Shown one piece after another: positions 33,495 through 43,306 of a stretch of 43,306 nt of DNA (positions are counted from its first letter, which is position 1; every line of letters starts with the position of its first letter). Position numbers and translations under genes: made by a program. The stretch lies in contig JBBTED010000038.1 of assembly GCA_038042445.1 (NCBI GenBank), positions 1 through 43,306 on the forward strand, in the 5' to 3' direction. The notes beneath the pieces are model-generated. The model was not told where the DNA came from. It ran no database searches and worked only from the letters and a program-made list of their open reading frames with translations. The DNA comes from Candidatus Firestoneibacteriota bacterium. Lineage in GTDB: Bacteria > Oederibacteriota > D2-FULL-39-29 > JBBTED01.

Positions 33495-34295
33495 ATGTTT
33501 GTAATAGGAGAAAGAATAAATGGAATGTTCAAAGCTGTAAAAGAAGCTATAATTAATAAAGACAAAAAAATAATTCATGAAATTGCGCTAAGGCAATTGG
33601 AAGGTGGAGCAAATGCTTTAGATGTAAATGTTGGTCCTTCAACAGCAGATGCTGTTGGTGCAATGAAATGGTTGGTTGAAACAATTCAGGAAATTACGGA
33701 TGTGACACTTGTAATTGATAGCCCAAAAGTTGCTGTTTTAGAAGCGGGCTTAAGTTTATGTAAGAAAAAAGCAATAATTAATTCTACAACTGCTGAAAAA
33801 GAAAAATTAGATAAAATTTTGCCATTAGCACAAAAATATAATGCAGGTATAGTGGGTTTAACTATTAGCGAAAAAGGAATTCCTGCAACAGCAAGTGAAC
33901 GTGTGGAAATTGCTGCAAATATAATTGCACAAGCAATGGAACTTGGAATTTCTCCTGATGATGTTTATATAGACCCTGTAGTTTTGCCTGTGAATGTTGC
34001 GCAAGCTCAATGCCCTGAATTGCTTTATGCTCTAAGAGATTGCAAGCTTATATGTAGCCCGTCTCCTAAAACTGTAGTAGGACTGAGCAATGTTTCACAG
34101 GGGACAAAAAACAGGGAATTAATCAACAGGACATATTTAGTAATGGCACAAGCGTATGGTTTAGACGCTGCAATTGTGGACCCAACAGATAAAGAACTTA
34201 TGGATGCTATGATTACAGCAGATTTATTACTTAATAAAAATATTTATTGCGATTCATATTTAGACGCATATCGCAAAAGTCTATCAGGAAAATGA
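33495..34295 (+). CDS. acsE: Methyltetrahydrofolate:corrinoid iron-sulfur protein methyltransferase
   Basis: MFVIGERINGMF, LDVNVGP, IINST, IDPVVLPVNVAQ, GLSNVSQG, GLDAAIVD and IYCDSYL. Adjacent to acsD. Confidence 0.92.
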   Translation: MFVIGERINGMFKAVKEAIINKDKKIIHEIALRQLEGGANALDVNVGPSTADAVGAMKWLVETIQEITDVTLVIDSPKVAVLEAGLSLCKKKAIINSTTAEKEKLDKILPLAQKYNAGIVGLTISEKGIPATASERVEIAANIIAQAMELGISPDDVYIDPVVLPVNVAQAQCPELLYALRDCKLICSPSPKTVVGLSNVSQGTKNRELINRTYLVMAQAYGLDAAIVDPTDKELMDAMITADLLLNKNIYCDSYLDAYRKSLSGK

Positions 34296-34303
34296 CCTGA
34301 AAG

Positions 34304-34333
34304 GTCATCCTGAGGCAAAAGCCGAAGGATCTC
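34304..34333. repeat. Left arm of a TGTCAT element
   Basis: GTCATCCTGAGGCAAAAGCCGAAGGATCTC, similar to 6416-6445. Confidence 0.8.
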
Positions 34334-34339
34334 AAAAAA

Positions 34340-34750
34340 ATGACAGATAAAATATCATTTAAAACAAAAGGCAATGTTGACATTGTTGATATAACTTCTG
34401 ATGTGAATAAAATTTTACAGGAGCAATCTGTTTCTGAGGGTATAGCTTTTTTATTTGTGCCGGGTGCAACAGGTGCGATTACAACTGTGGAATATGAACC
34501 TGGTTTAGTAGCAGATTTGAAAAAACTATTTGAAGATTTAATTCCGACAAATAAAGTTTATCAGCACAATCTTTCTCATTCTGATTCAAATGGACATTCG
34601 CATTTAAGAGCTTCTTTGGTTGGTTCATCTTTGAATGTTCCATTTGCAGATAAAAAACTTGAGCTTGGTGTATGGCAAAACATAATATTTATAGAATTTG
34701 ATAATAGACCACGTTCTCGTGAAATAATAGTAAAAATATTAAAAATATGA
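34340..34750 (+). CDS. yjbQ: YjbQ (UPF0047) family protein
   Basis: DITSDV, GATGAITTVEYEPGL, NGHSHLRASL, LGVWQNIIFIEFD and RSRE. Confidence 0.9.
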   Translation: MTDKISFKTKGNVDIVDITSDVNKILQEQSVSEGIAFLFVPGATGAITTVEYEPGLVADLKKLFEDLIPTNKVYQHNLSHSDSNGHSHLRASLVGSSLNVPFADKKLELGVWQNIIFIEFDNRPRSREIIVKILKI

Positions 34751-36033
34751 AACCAATATTGCAATTAGCATTGGATTTTGTTGATTTGTCACGTGCTGTT
34801 AAAGTAGCAGAAGAGGCAGTAGGTGTTGGTGTTGATTGGATTGAAATTGGAACACCGCTTATTAAAAGTGAAGGCTTGAATGCTGTTAGAAAAATGCGGG
34901 AGCTTTTTCCAAAACATAAAATAATTGCGGATATGAAAATTATGGATACAGGAAGAGCAGAAGTAGAAATTGCAGCAAAAGCAGGTGCAAATATTATAGA
35001 TGTTTTAGGTGCTGCATCTGATTCTACTATTGCCGAGTGTGTTGAAGCATGTAAAAATTATGGAGCAGAGGTAATTGTAGATATGATAGATGTTGCGGAT
35101 CCTGTAAAACGAGCAAAGCAGGTTGAAGCATTAGGAGTTCATTATATTAGTGTGCATACATCAATTGACCAGCAAATGAAAGGTAAAGTACCATTTGATA
35201 TATTAAAACAGGTGTGTAGACAGGTCAAAATTCCAGTAGCAGTTGCTGGTGGAATAAATTCCGAAAATGTGGTAGATGCAATTTCCTGTGGAGCATCTAT
35301 AATAATAGTAGGTGGAGCTATATCTAAAGCTGAAAATGTCCAAAAGGCAACATTAAATATAAAAAAGGCAATGTCATCAGGCAAAAAAGTAAAAACAGAT
35401 TTATATAAACGTGTAACCGATAAAGATGTAAAAGATATTTTCTTGAAAGTTTCATCTTCAAATATTTCAGATGCTATGCACAGAAAAGGAGAACTTAAAG
35501 AAATATTTCCAATTTGCTATGGTGTAAAAATGATAGGCCCTGCAGTTACAGTAAGAACATATCCGGGAGATTGGGCAAAACCTGTTGAAGCTATAGATAT
35601 TGCCCAAAAAGGTGATGTGATTGTAATAGATGCAGGTGGAGTTTCTCCTGCTATATGGGGAGAGCTTGCAACACATAGTTCAATTGTAAAAAAAATATCA
35701 GGTGTTGTCATAAATGGTGCAATTCGTGATACAAAGGAAATACGTGATTTGAAATTCCCTGCTTTTGCAAAACTTGTAACTCCAACAGCAGGAGAACCAC
35801 GGGGTTTTGGAGAAATCAATATTCCCATAACTATTTCAGGAGTCCAAATTAATCCGGGTGATTGGATTATTGGTGATGATGATGGTGTTGTTGTTGTGCC
35901 AAAATCAAAATTAGCTGAAATTGCAAATCGCTCAATGGATGTTCTTGAGCGTGAAAACCGTATAAGAGCAGAAATAAAACAAGGTGGAACATTAGCATCA
36001 GTTACCCAGCTTCTTCGTTGGGAAAAGCATTAA
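34747..36033 (+). CDS. hxlA: Bifunctional 3-hexulose-6-phosphate synthase / RraA-like (HMG aldolase family) fusion
   Basis: N-terminal LQLALD, EIGTPLIKSEG, ADMKIMDTG, VHTSIDQQ and AVAGGI. C-terminal SNISDAM, GPAVTV, IWGEL, GAIRD and PGDWIIGDDDGVVVVP. Confidence 0.88.
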   Translation: MKPILQLALDFVDLSRAVKVAEEAVGVGVDWIEIGTPLIKSEGLNAVRKMRELFPKHKIIADMKIMDTGRAEVEIAAKAGANIIDVLGAASDSTIAECVEACKNYGAEVIVDMIDVADPVKRAKQVEALGVHYISVHTSIDQQMKGKVPFDILKQVCRQVKIPVAVAGGINSENVVDAISCGASIIIVGGAISKAENVQKATLNIKKAMSSGKKVKTDLYKRVTDKDVKDIFLKVSSSNISDAMHRKGELKEIFPICYGVKMIGPAVTVRTYPGDWAKPVEAIDIAQKGDVIVIDAGGVSPAIWGELATHSSIVKKISGVVINGAIRDTKEIRDLKFPAFAKLVTPTAGEPRGFGEINIPITISGVQINPGDWIIGDDDGVVVVPKSKLAEIANRSMDVLERENRIRAEIKQGGTLASVTQLLRWEKH

Positions 36034-36045
36034 TTTAAAAACTAT

Positions 36046-36074
36046 TTGACAAAATATGTGATAATAAATACAAT
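36046..36074 (+). promoter_or_regulatory. Sigma70-type promoter for gap-pgk-tpiA-secG
   Basis: TTGACA, 17-bp spacer, TACAAT. Confidence 0.7.
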
Positions 36075-36135
36075 ACTAAATAATCTGTAATAAAAAATAA
36101 TTGTTCAATATAATATATTGAAAGGGGGAGTTTAA

Positions 36136-37155
<1,020 letters not shown>

Positions 37156-37167
37156 TATATTTTTTTG

Positions 37168-37199
37168 TTTCCCCTCTGATAAGAGGGGTTAGGGGAGTT
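37168..37199. repeat. CCCCT/AGGGG element directly before the pgk start
   Basis: TTTCCCCTCTGATAAGAGGGGTTAGGGGAGTT. Confidence 0.7.
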
Positions 37200-38387
37200 A
37201 TGCCAAAACTTGGTATTGAAGATTTAGATTTAAAAGGAAAGAAAGTTTTAGTAAGAGTGGATTTTAACGTTCCTATTGATGACAACTTAAATATAACTGA
37301 CGATATACGAATTCGCGAGTCGCTTCCTACAATTAAATATATCCTAAGTAATGGCGGAAAAGCTATTTTGGTTTCTCATTTAGGTAGACCTGACGGAAAA
37401 GTTGTTGAAAAATTAAGAATGGCGCCAGTTGCCAAAAGATTGGAAGAATTACTGGGTAAAAAAATATTCTATGTAAAAGGTTGTATTGGAGAAGAGGTTA
37501 AAAAGACAATATCTTTAATGAAAGATGGAGATTGTGTTTTATTAGAGAATGTCAGATTTTATAAAGAAGAGGAAGAGAATGATCTGAATTTTGCAAAGTC
37601 ACTTGCCCAACTTGCAGATATTTATGTGAATGATGCGTTTGGAACTGCACACAGAGCGCATGCATCTACTGTGGGTGTTACAAAATATGTTCCAAAATCT
37701 GTTGCTGGTTATCTAATGCTAAAAGAAATAAAATATTTGGGAGACGTACTTGCTAATCCAAAAAGGCCATTTCTTGCAATACTCGGCGGAGCAAAAATAT
37801 CATCTAAGATAGACCTTATAAAAAATTTACTTGAAAAAGTAGATATGCTGATAATAGGCCCTGCTATGGCGTATACTTTTTTTCTTGCAAGAGGAATAGA
37901 AGTTGGAAAATCACTTGTTGAAAAGGATAAAGTATTAGTTGCAAAAGAAATATTTAAAAGAGCAATAGATAAAAATGTACCTCTAATGTTACCAATTGAT
38001 CATATAGTTGCTAAGTCTAAAAGTGAAGATTCGGAGTCAAAGCTTGTAACTCGTGTAGGAATACCGTCTGATTGGGAAGCAGTAGATATAGGTCCTAAAA
38101 CAGTTGAAAAATATAGCCATGCTATAAAAAAAGCAAAAACAATTTTATGGAATGGGCCACTTGGTGTATTTGAAATAAAAAAATTTTCAGAGGGAACTTT
38201 TGCAATTGCAAAATTAGTTGCCGAAAGCGATGCTGTGACTATAGTCGGTGGTGGAGATTCTGCATCAGCAATTCAACAAAGTGGATATGCAGATAAGATA
38301 GCTCATATTTCAACAGGCGGTGGAGCTTCGTTGGAATTTATGGAAGGCAAAGAATTGCCCGGTATATCTGCGTTAACAAACAAATAA
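37200..38387 (+). CDS. pgk: Phosphoglycerate kinase
   Basis: MPKLGIEDLDLKGKKVLVRVDFNVP, SHLGRP, LLENVRF, DAFGTAHRAHAS and STGGGASLE. The ORF-track start at 37098 is a spurious extension. Confidence 0.96.
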   Translation: MPKLGIEDLDLKGKKVLVRVDFNVPIDDNLNITDDIRIRESLPTIKYILSNGGKAILVSHLGRPDGKVVEKLRMAPVAKRLEELLGKKIFYVKGCIGEEVKKTISLMKDGDCVLLENVRFYKEEEENDLNFAKSLAQLADIYVNDAFGTAHRAHASTVGVTKYVPKSVAGYLMLKEIKYLGDVLANPKRPFLAILGGAKISSKIDLIKNLLEKVDMLIIGPAMAYTFFLARGIEVGKSLVEKDKVLVAKEIFKRAIDKNVPLMLPIDHIVAKSKSEDSESKLVTRVGIPSDWEAVDIGPKTVEKYSHAIKKAKTILWNGPLGVFEIKKFSEGTFAIAKLVAESDAVTIVGGGDSASAIQQSGYADKIAHISTGGGASLEFMEGKELPGISALTNK

Positions 38388-38408
38388 GAATTTTCAGAGA
38401 ATTTAATG

Positions 38409-38446
38409 AATTTCCCCCTTTGAAAAAGGGGGATTAAGGAGGATTT
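38409..38446. repeat. CCCCCT/AGGGGG element containing the tpiA Shine-Dalgarno site
   Basis: AATTTCCCCCTTTGAAAAAGGGGGATTAAGGAGGATTT. Confidence 0.75.
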
Positions 38447-38454
38447 TTTAAATT

Positions 38455-39222
38455 ATGCGTAAACCATTTATTGCAGGAAATTGGAAAATGTATAAATTAA
38501 CTAAAGAAGCAATTCAATTAGTAAATGGAATTAAATCTGGTATTTCTGATGTTAATGGTGTAGATGTAGCAGTTTGTCCACCATATACATCTTTATCAGT
38601 GATTAGTGAAGCAATAAAATCAAGCAAAATAATGCTTGGTGCCCAAAATGTCCATTGGGAAACCAAAGGTGCTTTTACGGGTGAAGTCAGCCCACAAATG
38701 CTACTTGATATTGGCTGCACGTTGGTTATAATAGGTCATTCTGAAAGACGTACATATTTTGGAGAAACAGATGAGACTATAAATAAAAAAATAAAATCTG
38801 TACTTTTAGTTGGTTTAAATCCGATATTTTGTGTAGGAGAAACACTTTCTGAAAGAGAAAAAGGAATAACTGAGGAAATAATTAAACGGCAGATAACAGA
38901 AGGTTTGAAAGATATTAAGCTTGAGTCTATGAGTAAAATTACTATTGCTTATGAACCTGTATGGGCAATAGGAACAGGAAAAACAGCAACACCTAAACAG
39001 GCAAATGATGTCCATATATTTATACGGGGAATTATTAAACAATTGTATGGCAATGAAATTGCTCAAAATGTTAGAATACAGTATGGTGGAAGTGTTAAAT
39101 CTGAAAATATTGCAGAACTTATGAAGGAATCAGATATAGATGGTGCTTTGGTTGGCGGAGCCAGTCTTGAAGCAGATACATTTATAAAACTTATCAAAAA
39201 TTCGGTGACTCATGGAGTTTAG
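38455..39222 (+). CDS. tpiA: Triosephosphate isomerase
   Basis: AGNWKM, GAFTGE, IGHSERR, AYEPVWAIGTGK, YGGSV and DGALVGGASL. Confidence 0.97.
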   Translation: MRKPFIAGNWKMYKLTKEAIQLVNGIKSGISDVNGVDVAVCPPYTSLSVISEAIKSSKIMLGAQNVHWETKGAFTGEVSPQMLLDIGCTLVIIGHSERRTYFGETDETINKKIKSVLLVGLNPIFCVGETLSEREKGITEEIIKRQITEGLKDIKLESMSKITIAYEPVWAIGTGKTATPKQANDVHIFIRGIIKQLYGNEIAQNVRIQYGGSVKSENIAELMKESDIDGALVGGASLEADTFIKLIKNSVTHGV

Positions 39223-39239
39223 TAAATTAGATAAGTGGT

Positions 39240-39274
39240 TTTCCCCGCCTAGGCGGAGGGATTAAGGGGGATTT
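39240..39274. repeat. CCCC/AGGGGG element variant before secG
   Basis: TTTCCCCGCCTAGGCGGAGGGATTAAGGGGGATTT, with central palindrome CCGCCTAGGCGG. Confidence 0.7.
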
Positions 39275-39279
39275 TTAAA

Positions 39280-39696
39280 ATGATTACAGTACTTACTATA
39301 TTACATATAATTATAAGTATTACTCTAATACTTGTTGTTCTTTTACAGTCCGGTAAAGGTTCGGATCTCGGAGCTATGTTTGGTGGTGGTGCAAGCCAAA
39401 CTGTATTTGGGGCAGGTGGTGGCAAGACATTTATGATAAAGCTTACCACAGGGCTTTTTATAACCTTTATAATAACTTCATTTATGCTTGCAAATTTGCA
39501 TCCTTCAAAAACAAAAAGCAGTGATTTGCAAAAAGAAATGCAAAAAGAAGCAGAGTCAGGCATACCTACACAAACGCAACAACCTATGCAAATTCCAATA
39601 ACAACAGCACCAGATGCAACAACAGCAGATAAAGCGACTCCATCTAAATCAATACCAGTTAAAACAACACCAGCTCCTGAAGAAAAAAAACCATAA
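39280..39696 (+). CDS. secG: Preprotein translocase subunit SecG
   Basis: VLLQSGKGSDLGAMFGGGASQTVFG, two transmembrane helices, and a Pro/Thr-rich tail. Canonical position after tpiA. Confidence 0.93.
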   Translation: MITVLTILHIIISITLILVVLLQSGKGSDLGAMFGGGASQTVFGAGGGKTFMIKLTTGLFITFIITSFMLANLHPSKTKSSDLQKEMQKEAESGIPTQTQQPMQIPITTAPDATTADKATPSKSIPVKTTPAPEEKKP

Positions 39697-39744
39697 TATA
39701 TAAAGTAGTGATGAATTTACGCGTCACTTCGATGAGGAACTAAA

Positions 39745-40395
39745 ATGACAAAAAATTCTGATAATAAAAAGCCTAATATCGTTTTTATTATGGATGACCA
39801 GCACCATGCATCTTTGTTAGGTTGTGCAGGACATCCTTTAATTCAAACACCAAATTTGGATAAGTTAGCAAAAAGAGGAGTAAGATTTGAACGAGCATTT
39901 TGCCAGAATGGACTATGTACACCGTCCAGAGTTTCTTTTTTAACAGGGCAATATGCTCACACTCATGGAATTTATTCTAATTCAAAAAAAATTTCAAATG
40001 ATTTAATTTCATTGCCATTTTATTTAAAACAATTTGGTTATCAGACATTTGTTTCTGGAAAAATACATCTGCCTGGTTGGGAAACAGTAGGATTTGATCG
40101 TAGAATTACTAGCGCTTTTTGTGATACTAAGCATCTACCAGCAGAAGAGAATGACTATTTTAGATATTTAATAGAGCTTGGACTAGAACAATATTTAGAT
40201 ATTGGTATGTGCAAAACAGCAGCAGATGAAAAATATCCTAATAATGCAGCAATGTGTACAATTTCTAAACAAGAGAGCGAAGACCATAAGAAACTTTATC
40301 CAAATAGTAAATTTAATATAGTGGATGGATACTGGAAAGGAAAAGCTATTAATTCTGACCCTATTGTTACTTTTTATAAAAGAAATAGGATGTAA
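39745..40395 (+). pseudogene. Truncated sulfatase-like hydrolase
   Basis: PNIVFIMDDQH, TPNLDKLA, CTPSRVS and GKIH are present. Only 216 aa; lacks the PH and DHG motifs seen in the 504-aa paralog at 10573. Confidence 0.7.
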
Positions 40396-40463
40396 TAAGA
40401 TATGTATGTAAGTATTAGATACACAATTTTTAAATATTTCTGATTAGAGTGAACTCTTACGAT

Positions 40464-42077
40464 ATGCCTAAATTAATACTGATAATAATAAGTTTATTTA
40501 TTTTTACAGGATGCACAAGAAACAAAACATCTGAAATCATAAATGTTTCTGATACTTCTCCTGCTTATGGTGGTAATCTTATTGATTCATCTATAGGAGA
40601 TGCCAGTGTTTTAAATCCTGTTCTTTCAACTGATTCAGCATCAAGTGATATAATTGGTTGGGTTTTTAATGGGCTTGTTAAATATGATAAGGATATAAAA
40701 TTAATTGGAGATTTAGCAGAAAAATGGGAAGTAAGCAAAAATGGACTGACTATTACTTTTTATTTAAGAAAAAATGTGAAATGGCATGATGGAATTGAAT
40801 TTACAGCAGAAGATGTCCAGTTTACTTATGATAAATTAGTTGCTCCTACTACAAAAACTCCGTATAGCAGTGATTTTATGTTGGTTCAAAAAGCCCAAGT
40901 TGTAGATAAATATACCTTTAGAGTTACTTATAAAAAGCCGTTTGCACCAGCTCTTGAAAGCTGGGGTATGGGTATAATTCCAAAGCATTTACTTTGGGAT
41001 AAAGATATAAATACTGCATCGTTTAACAGGCAACCTATAGGAACAGGTCCATATAAATTTAAAGAGTGGAAAACTGCTGAAAAAATAGTTTTGGAATACA
41101 ATCCGGATTATTTTGAAGGTAGGCCATATATAGACAGATACATCTATAGAATAATTCCAGATCAGTCAGTGCAGTTACTTGAATTAAAATCCGGTGGCGT
41201 AGATATGATGGGATTAACTCCTGATATGTTTAAAAAACAGGCAAGCACTCAGGAATTCAACGAAAAATTTAATAAGTATAGATACCCGGCATTTCAATAT
41301 ACATATATGGGATTTAATCTTTTAAATCCTATTTTTAAAGATAAAAAGATAAGGCAGGCTATAGCTTATGCTATAAATAAAAAAGAGATAATAGATGGTG
41401 TGATGTTAGGATTTGGTAAAGAGGCAACAGGTCCTTTTCCACATAGTTCATGGGCATATAATCCTGAAGTTAAAAGCTCATCTTATGATCCTGATATGGC
41501 AAAAAAAATATTGGCAGAGTGTGGTTGGAAAGACAATAATAAAGACGGTATTTTGGAAAAACAAAACAAACAATTTGAATTTACACTTGTTACAAATCAG
41601 GGTAATAAGCAAAGAGAACTTGTTGCAACTATAATTCAGGAGCATCTCAAAAAAATCGGAATAAAAGTAAATATACGTATTGTTGCATGGAATGCTTTTC
41701 TTGCCGAGTATGTGGATAAAAAAAAGTTTGATGCTGTAATTTTAGGTTGGTCGCTTAGTCGCGACCCGGATTTATATAGTATGTGGCATTCAAGTATGAC
41801 AGGAGAGAAGCAGTATAATTTTGTTTCCTATAAAAGTCCACTTGTAGATAAATTAATAATAGAAGCAAGAGAAACTTTTGATATGGAGAAAAGAAAAATT
41901 TTATATCATAAGATTCATGCAATACTTGCAGATGACCAACCTTATGTTTTTCTATATGTTCCGGAAAGCTTAGTAGCAATCAACAAAAAAATTTACGGCG
42001 TTTCTGTTGCTCCTATTGGAATATCCCATAACTTTATCAAATGGTACATTCCCAAACAACTCCAGAGATATAAATAA
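40464..42077 (+). CDS. Peptide ABC transporter substrate-binding lipoprotein (OppA/AppA, family 5)
   Basis: Lipobox FTG|C after MPKLILIIISLFI. DLAEKWEVS..LRKNVKWHDG..FTAEDV, PIGTGPYKF and KIRQAIAYAIN. A GTG start at 40449 is possible. Confidence 0.9.
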   Translation: MPKLILIIISLFIFTGCTRNKTSEIINVSDTSPAYGGNLIDSSIGDASVLNPVLSTDSASSDIIGWVFNGLVKYDKDIKLIGDLAEKWEVSKNGLTITFYLRKNVKWHDGIEFTAEDVQFTYDKLVAPTTKTPYSSDFMLVQKAQVVDKYTFRVTYKKPFAPALESWGMGIIPKHLLWDKDINTASFNRQPIGTGPYKFKEWKTAEKIVLEYNPDYFEGRPYIDRYIYRIIPDQSVQLLELKSGGVDMMGLTPDMFKKQASTQEFNEKFNKYRYPAFQYTYMGFNLLNPIFKDKKIRQAIAYAINKKEIIDGVMLGFGKEATGPFPHSSWAYNPEVKSSSYDPDMAKKILAECGWKDNNKDGILEKQNKQFEFTLVTNQGNKQRELVATIIQEHLKKIGIKVNIRIVAWNAFLAEYVDKKKFDAVILGWSLSRDPDLYSMWHSSMTGEKQYNFVSYKSPLVDKLIIEARETFDMEKRKILYHKIHAILADDQPYVFLYVPESLVAINKKIYGVSVAPIGISHNFIKWYIPKQLQRYK

Positions 42078-42127
42078 AATTCCCCCTGCCCCCCCTTTAT
42101 TAAAGGGGGGCAGGGGGAATTTTATTT
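42072..42127. terminator. CCCCCT/AGGGGG palindrome between convergent genes, probable bidirectional terminator
   Basis: AAATAAAATTCCCCCTGCCCCCCCTTTA-T-TAAAGGGGGGCAGGGGGAATTTTATTT. A near-perfect inverted repeat with one extra C and T-rich tails on both strands; spans both stop codons. Confidence 0.7.
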
Positions 42128-43306
42128 TTTGTCGTCTTCTACTTTGTATTCGGCATCTACTACGTTTTCATCTTTTTTCGGTTCTTCTGTGCCAGCTTGT
42201 GGATTGCCATTTGAATTTGGTTCTTGCTGTGGTTGTCCCTGTTGGCCTTGTTGTCCTTTTGTGCTTTGTGCATAAACCATTTCACCGAGTTTCATAGAAA
42301 CTTTGCTTAAGCTTTCTGAAGCAGTTTTTATTTTGTCTGCATCATCGCTTTTCATAGCTGTTTTTAAGTCAGTGATGGCATCTGTTATGCTCTTGCGTGT
42401 TGCTTCATCAAGTTTGCTACCGTGTTCTGAAAGCGCTTTTTCTGTAGAATAAATTAAAGTATCTGCTTGATTTACTACTTCAGCTTTTTCCTTTTTCTTT
42501 TTGTCATCCTCAGAAAATTGTTCAGCTTGTTTTACCATCTTATCAATATCTTCTTTTGAAAGTTTTGTTGGAGCAGTAATTTTCATAGACTGTTCTTTTC
42601 CTGTGCCAAGGTCTTTTGCAGATACATGCAAAATTCCATTTGCGTCAATATCAAATGTGACTTCTATTTGTGGAAATCCTCTTGGAGCAGGTGGTATACC
42701 TACAAGCTGGAATCTGCCAAGACTTGTATTATCAGGTGCCATTTGTCTTTCACCCTGGAGTATATGAATTTCAACACTTGGCTGGCTATCTGCAGCAGTT
42801 GAAAATATTTGGCTTTTCTTTGTAGGTATAGTTGTGTTTCTTTCAATTAATTTTGTAAATACGTTTCCTAAAGTTTCAATTCCAAGTGAAAGTGGAGTTA
42901 CATCAAGTAATAAAACATCTTTTATGTCACCTGTTAAAACAGCTGCTTGTATTCCAGCACCCATTGCAACACATTCCATTGGGTCTACGCCATGCTCAAC
43001 TTTTTTACCAACTAAATTTTCAACAAATTCCTGAACAGCTGGCATTCTTGTGGGTCCGCCAACCATAATTATTTTGTCTATATTTTTCGGCTCTAATTTT
43101 GCATCGGATAAAGCGTTATTTACAGGGCCCCTGCATCTTTCAACTATAGAATGCACAAGGGTTTCTAATTTTGCTCTTGTAAATTTCATTACTAAATGTT
43201 TTGGTCCACTTGCGTCTCCGGAAATAAAAGGAAGATTTATATCTGTGTCAAGTGTAGTTGATAATTCAATTTTTGCTTTTTCTGCGGCTTCTCTTAATCT
43301 TTGAAT
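42122..43306 (-). CDS. dnaK: Molecular chaperone DnaK, C-terminal part (5' end outside window)
   Basis: The frame is open to the window end ([16 protein letters not shown]). [45 protein letters not shown] and VVDAEY. Confidence 0.97.
   Translation of the reverse strand: MQRLREAAEKAKIELSTTLDTDINLPFISGDASGPKHLVMKFTRAKLETLVHSIVERCRGPVNNALSDAKLEPKNIDKIIMVGGPTRMPAVQEFVENLVGKKVEHGVDPMECVAMGAGIQAAVLTGDIKDVLLLDVTPLSLGIETLGNVFTKLIERNTTIPTKKSQIFSTAADSQPSVEIHILQGERQMAPDNTSLGRFQLVGIPPAPRGFPQIEVTFDIDANGILHVSAKDLGTGKEQSMKITAPTKLSKEDIDKMVKQAEQFSEDDKKKKEKAEVVNQADTLIYSTEKALSEHGSKLDEATRKSITDAITDLKTAMKSDDADKIKTASESLSKVSMKLGEMVYAQSTKGQQGQQGQPQQEPNSNGNPQAGTEEPKKDENVVDAEYKVEDDKK

Noticed and set aside
39530..39696. 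Repeat-derived or novel domain in the SecG tail
   Set aside because: Ordinary low-complexity Pro/Thr/Gln tail with no palindrome in the DNA.
39697..39744. tRNA-Leu often found after secG; also a possible GTAG hairpin at 39705-39727
   Set aside because: The gap is 48 nt with no cloverleaf. The GTAGTGATG..CGTCAC stem is too weak to call.

Overview
A strongly AT-rich, gene-dense bacterial chromosomal segment. Every real gene is on the + strand except a partial dnaK at the right end. The gene content points to an anaerobic diderm bacterium (inference: secretin, PorV-like and other outer-membrane barrels, Wood-Ljungdahl genes). Gene order: dusB (5'-truncated), larB, larC, archaeal-type rnhB, a chimeric TIGR03790 gene remnant, a GntR/LacI (AraR-like) regulator, a secreted carbohydrate-binding protein, a 928-aa TIGR03790-domain protein with a T9SS-type C-terminal domain, a PorV-family barrel, sulfatase, archease, MFS transporter, queC, tyrS, a five-gene LolD/FtsX/FtsX/LolA-like/outer-membrane module, an orphan histidine kinase, a 10-gene T2SS/T4P-like cluster, acsD, acsE, yjbQ, an HPS-RraA fusion, gap, pgk, tpiA, secG, a truncated sulfatase, an OppA-like lipoprotein, and convergent dnaK. 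I see no rRNA, tRNA, CRISPR array or transposase. The most striking layer is non-coding. About 20 short palindromic elements from three main families (GTAG-tagged REP-like, TGTCAT-tagged dRS3/RPE-like, and CCCCCT/AGGGGG), plus MITE-like elements with terminal inverted repeats, occupy many intergenic gaps. One is a four-layer nested element with an 8-bp flanking duplication. Four are apparent in-frame insertions inside protein genes (PorV signal peptide, archease loop, ABC permease, kinase ATPase loop). Several copies sit where they supply ribosome-binding sites or a bidirectional terminator. Second highlight: the TIGR03790 protein next to PorV follows the motif order of gingipain/PorU (peptidase C25) but lacks the His/Cys dyad, suggesting a PorU-PorV-like module. 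All calls come from reading the sequence by eye; no searches were run.
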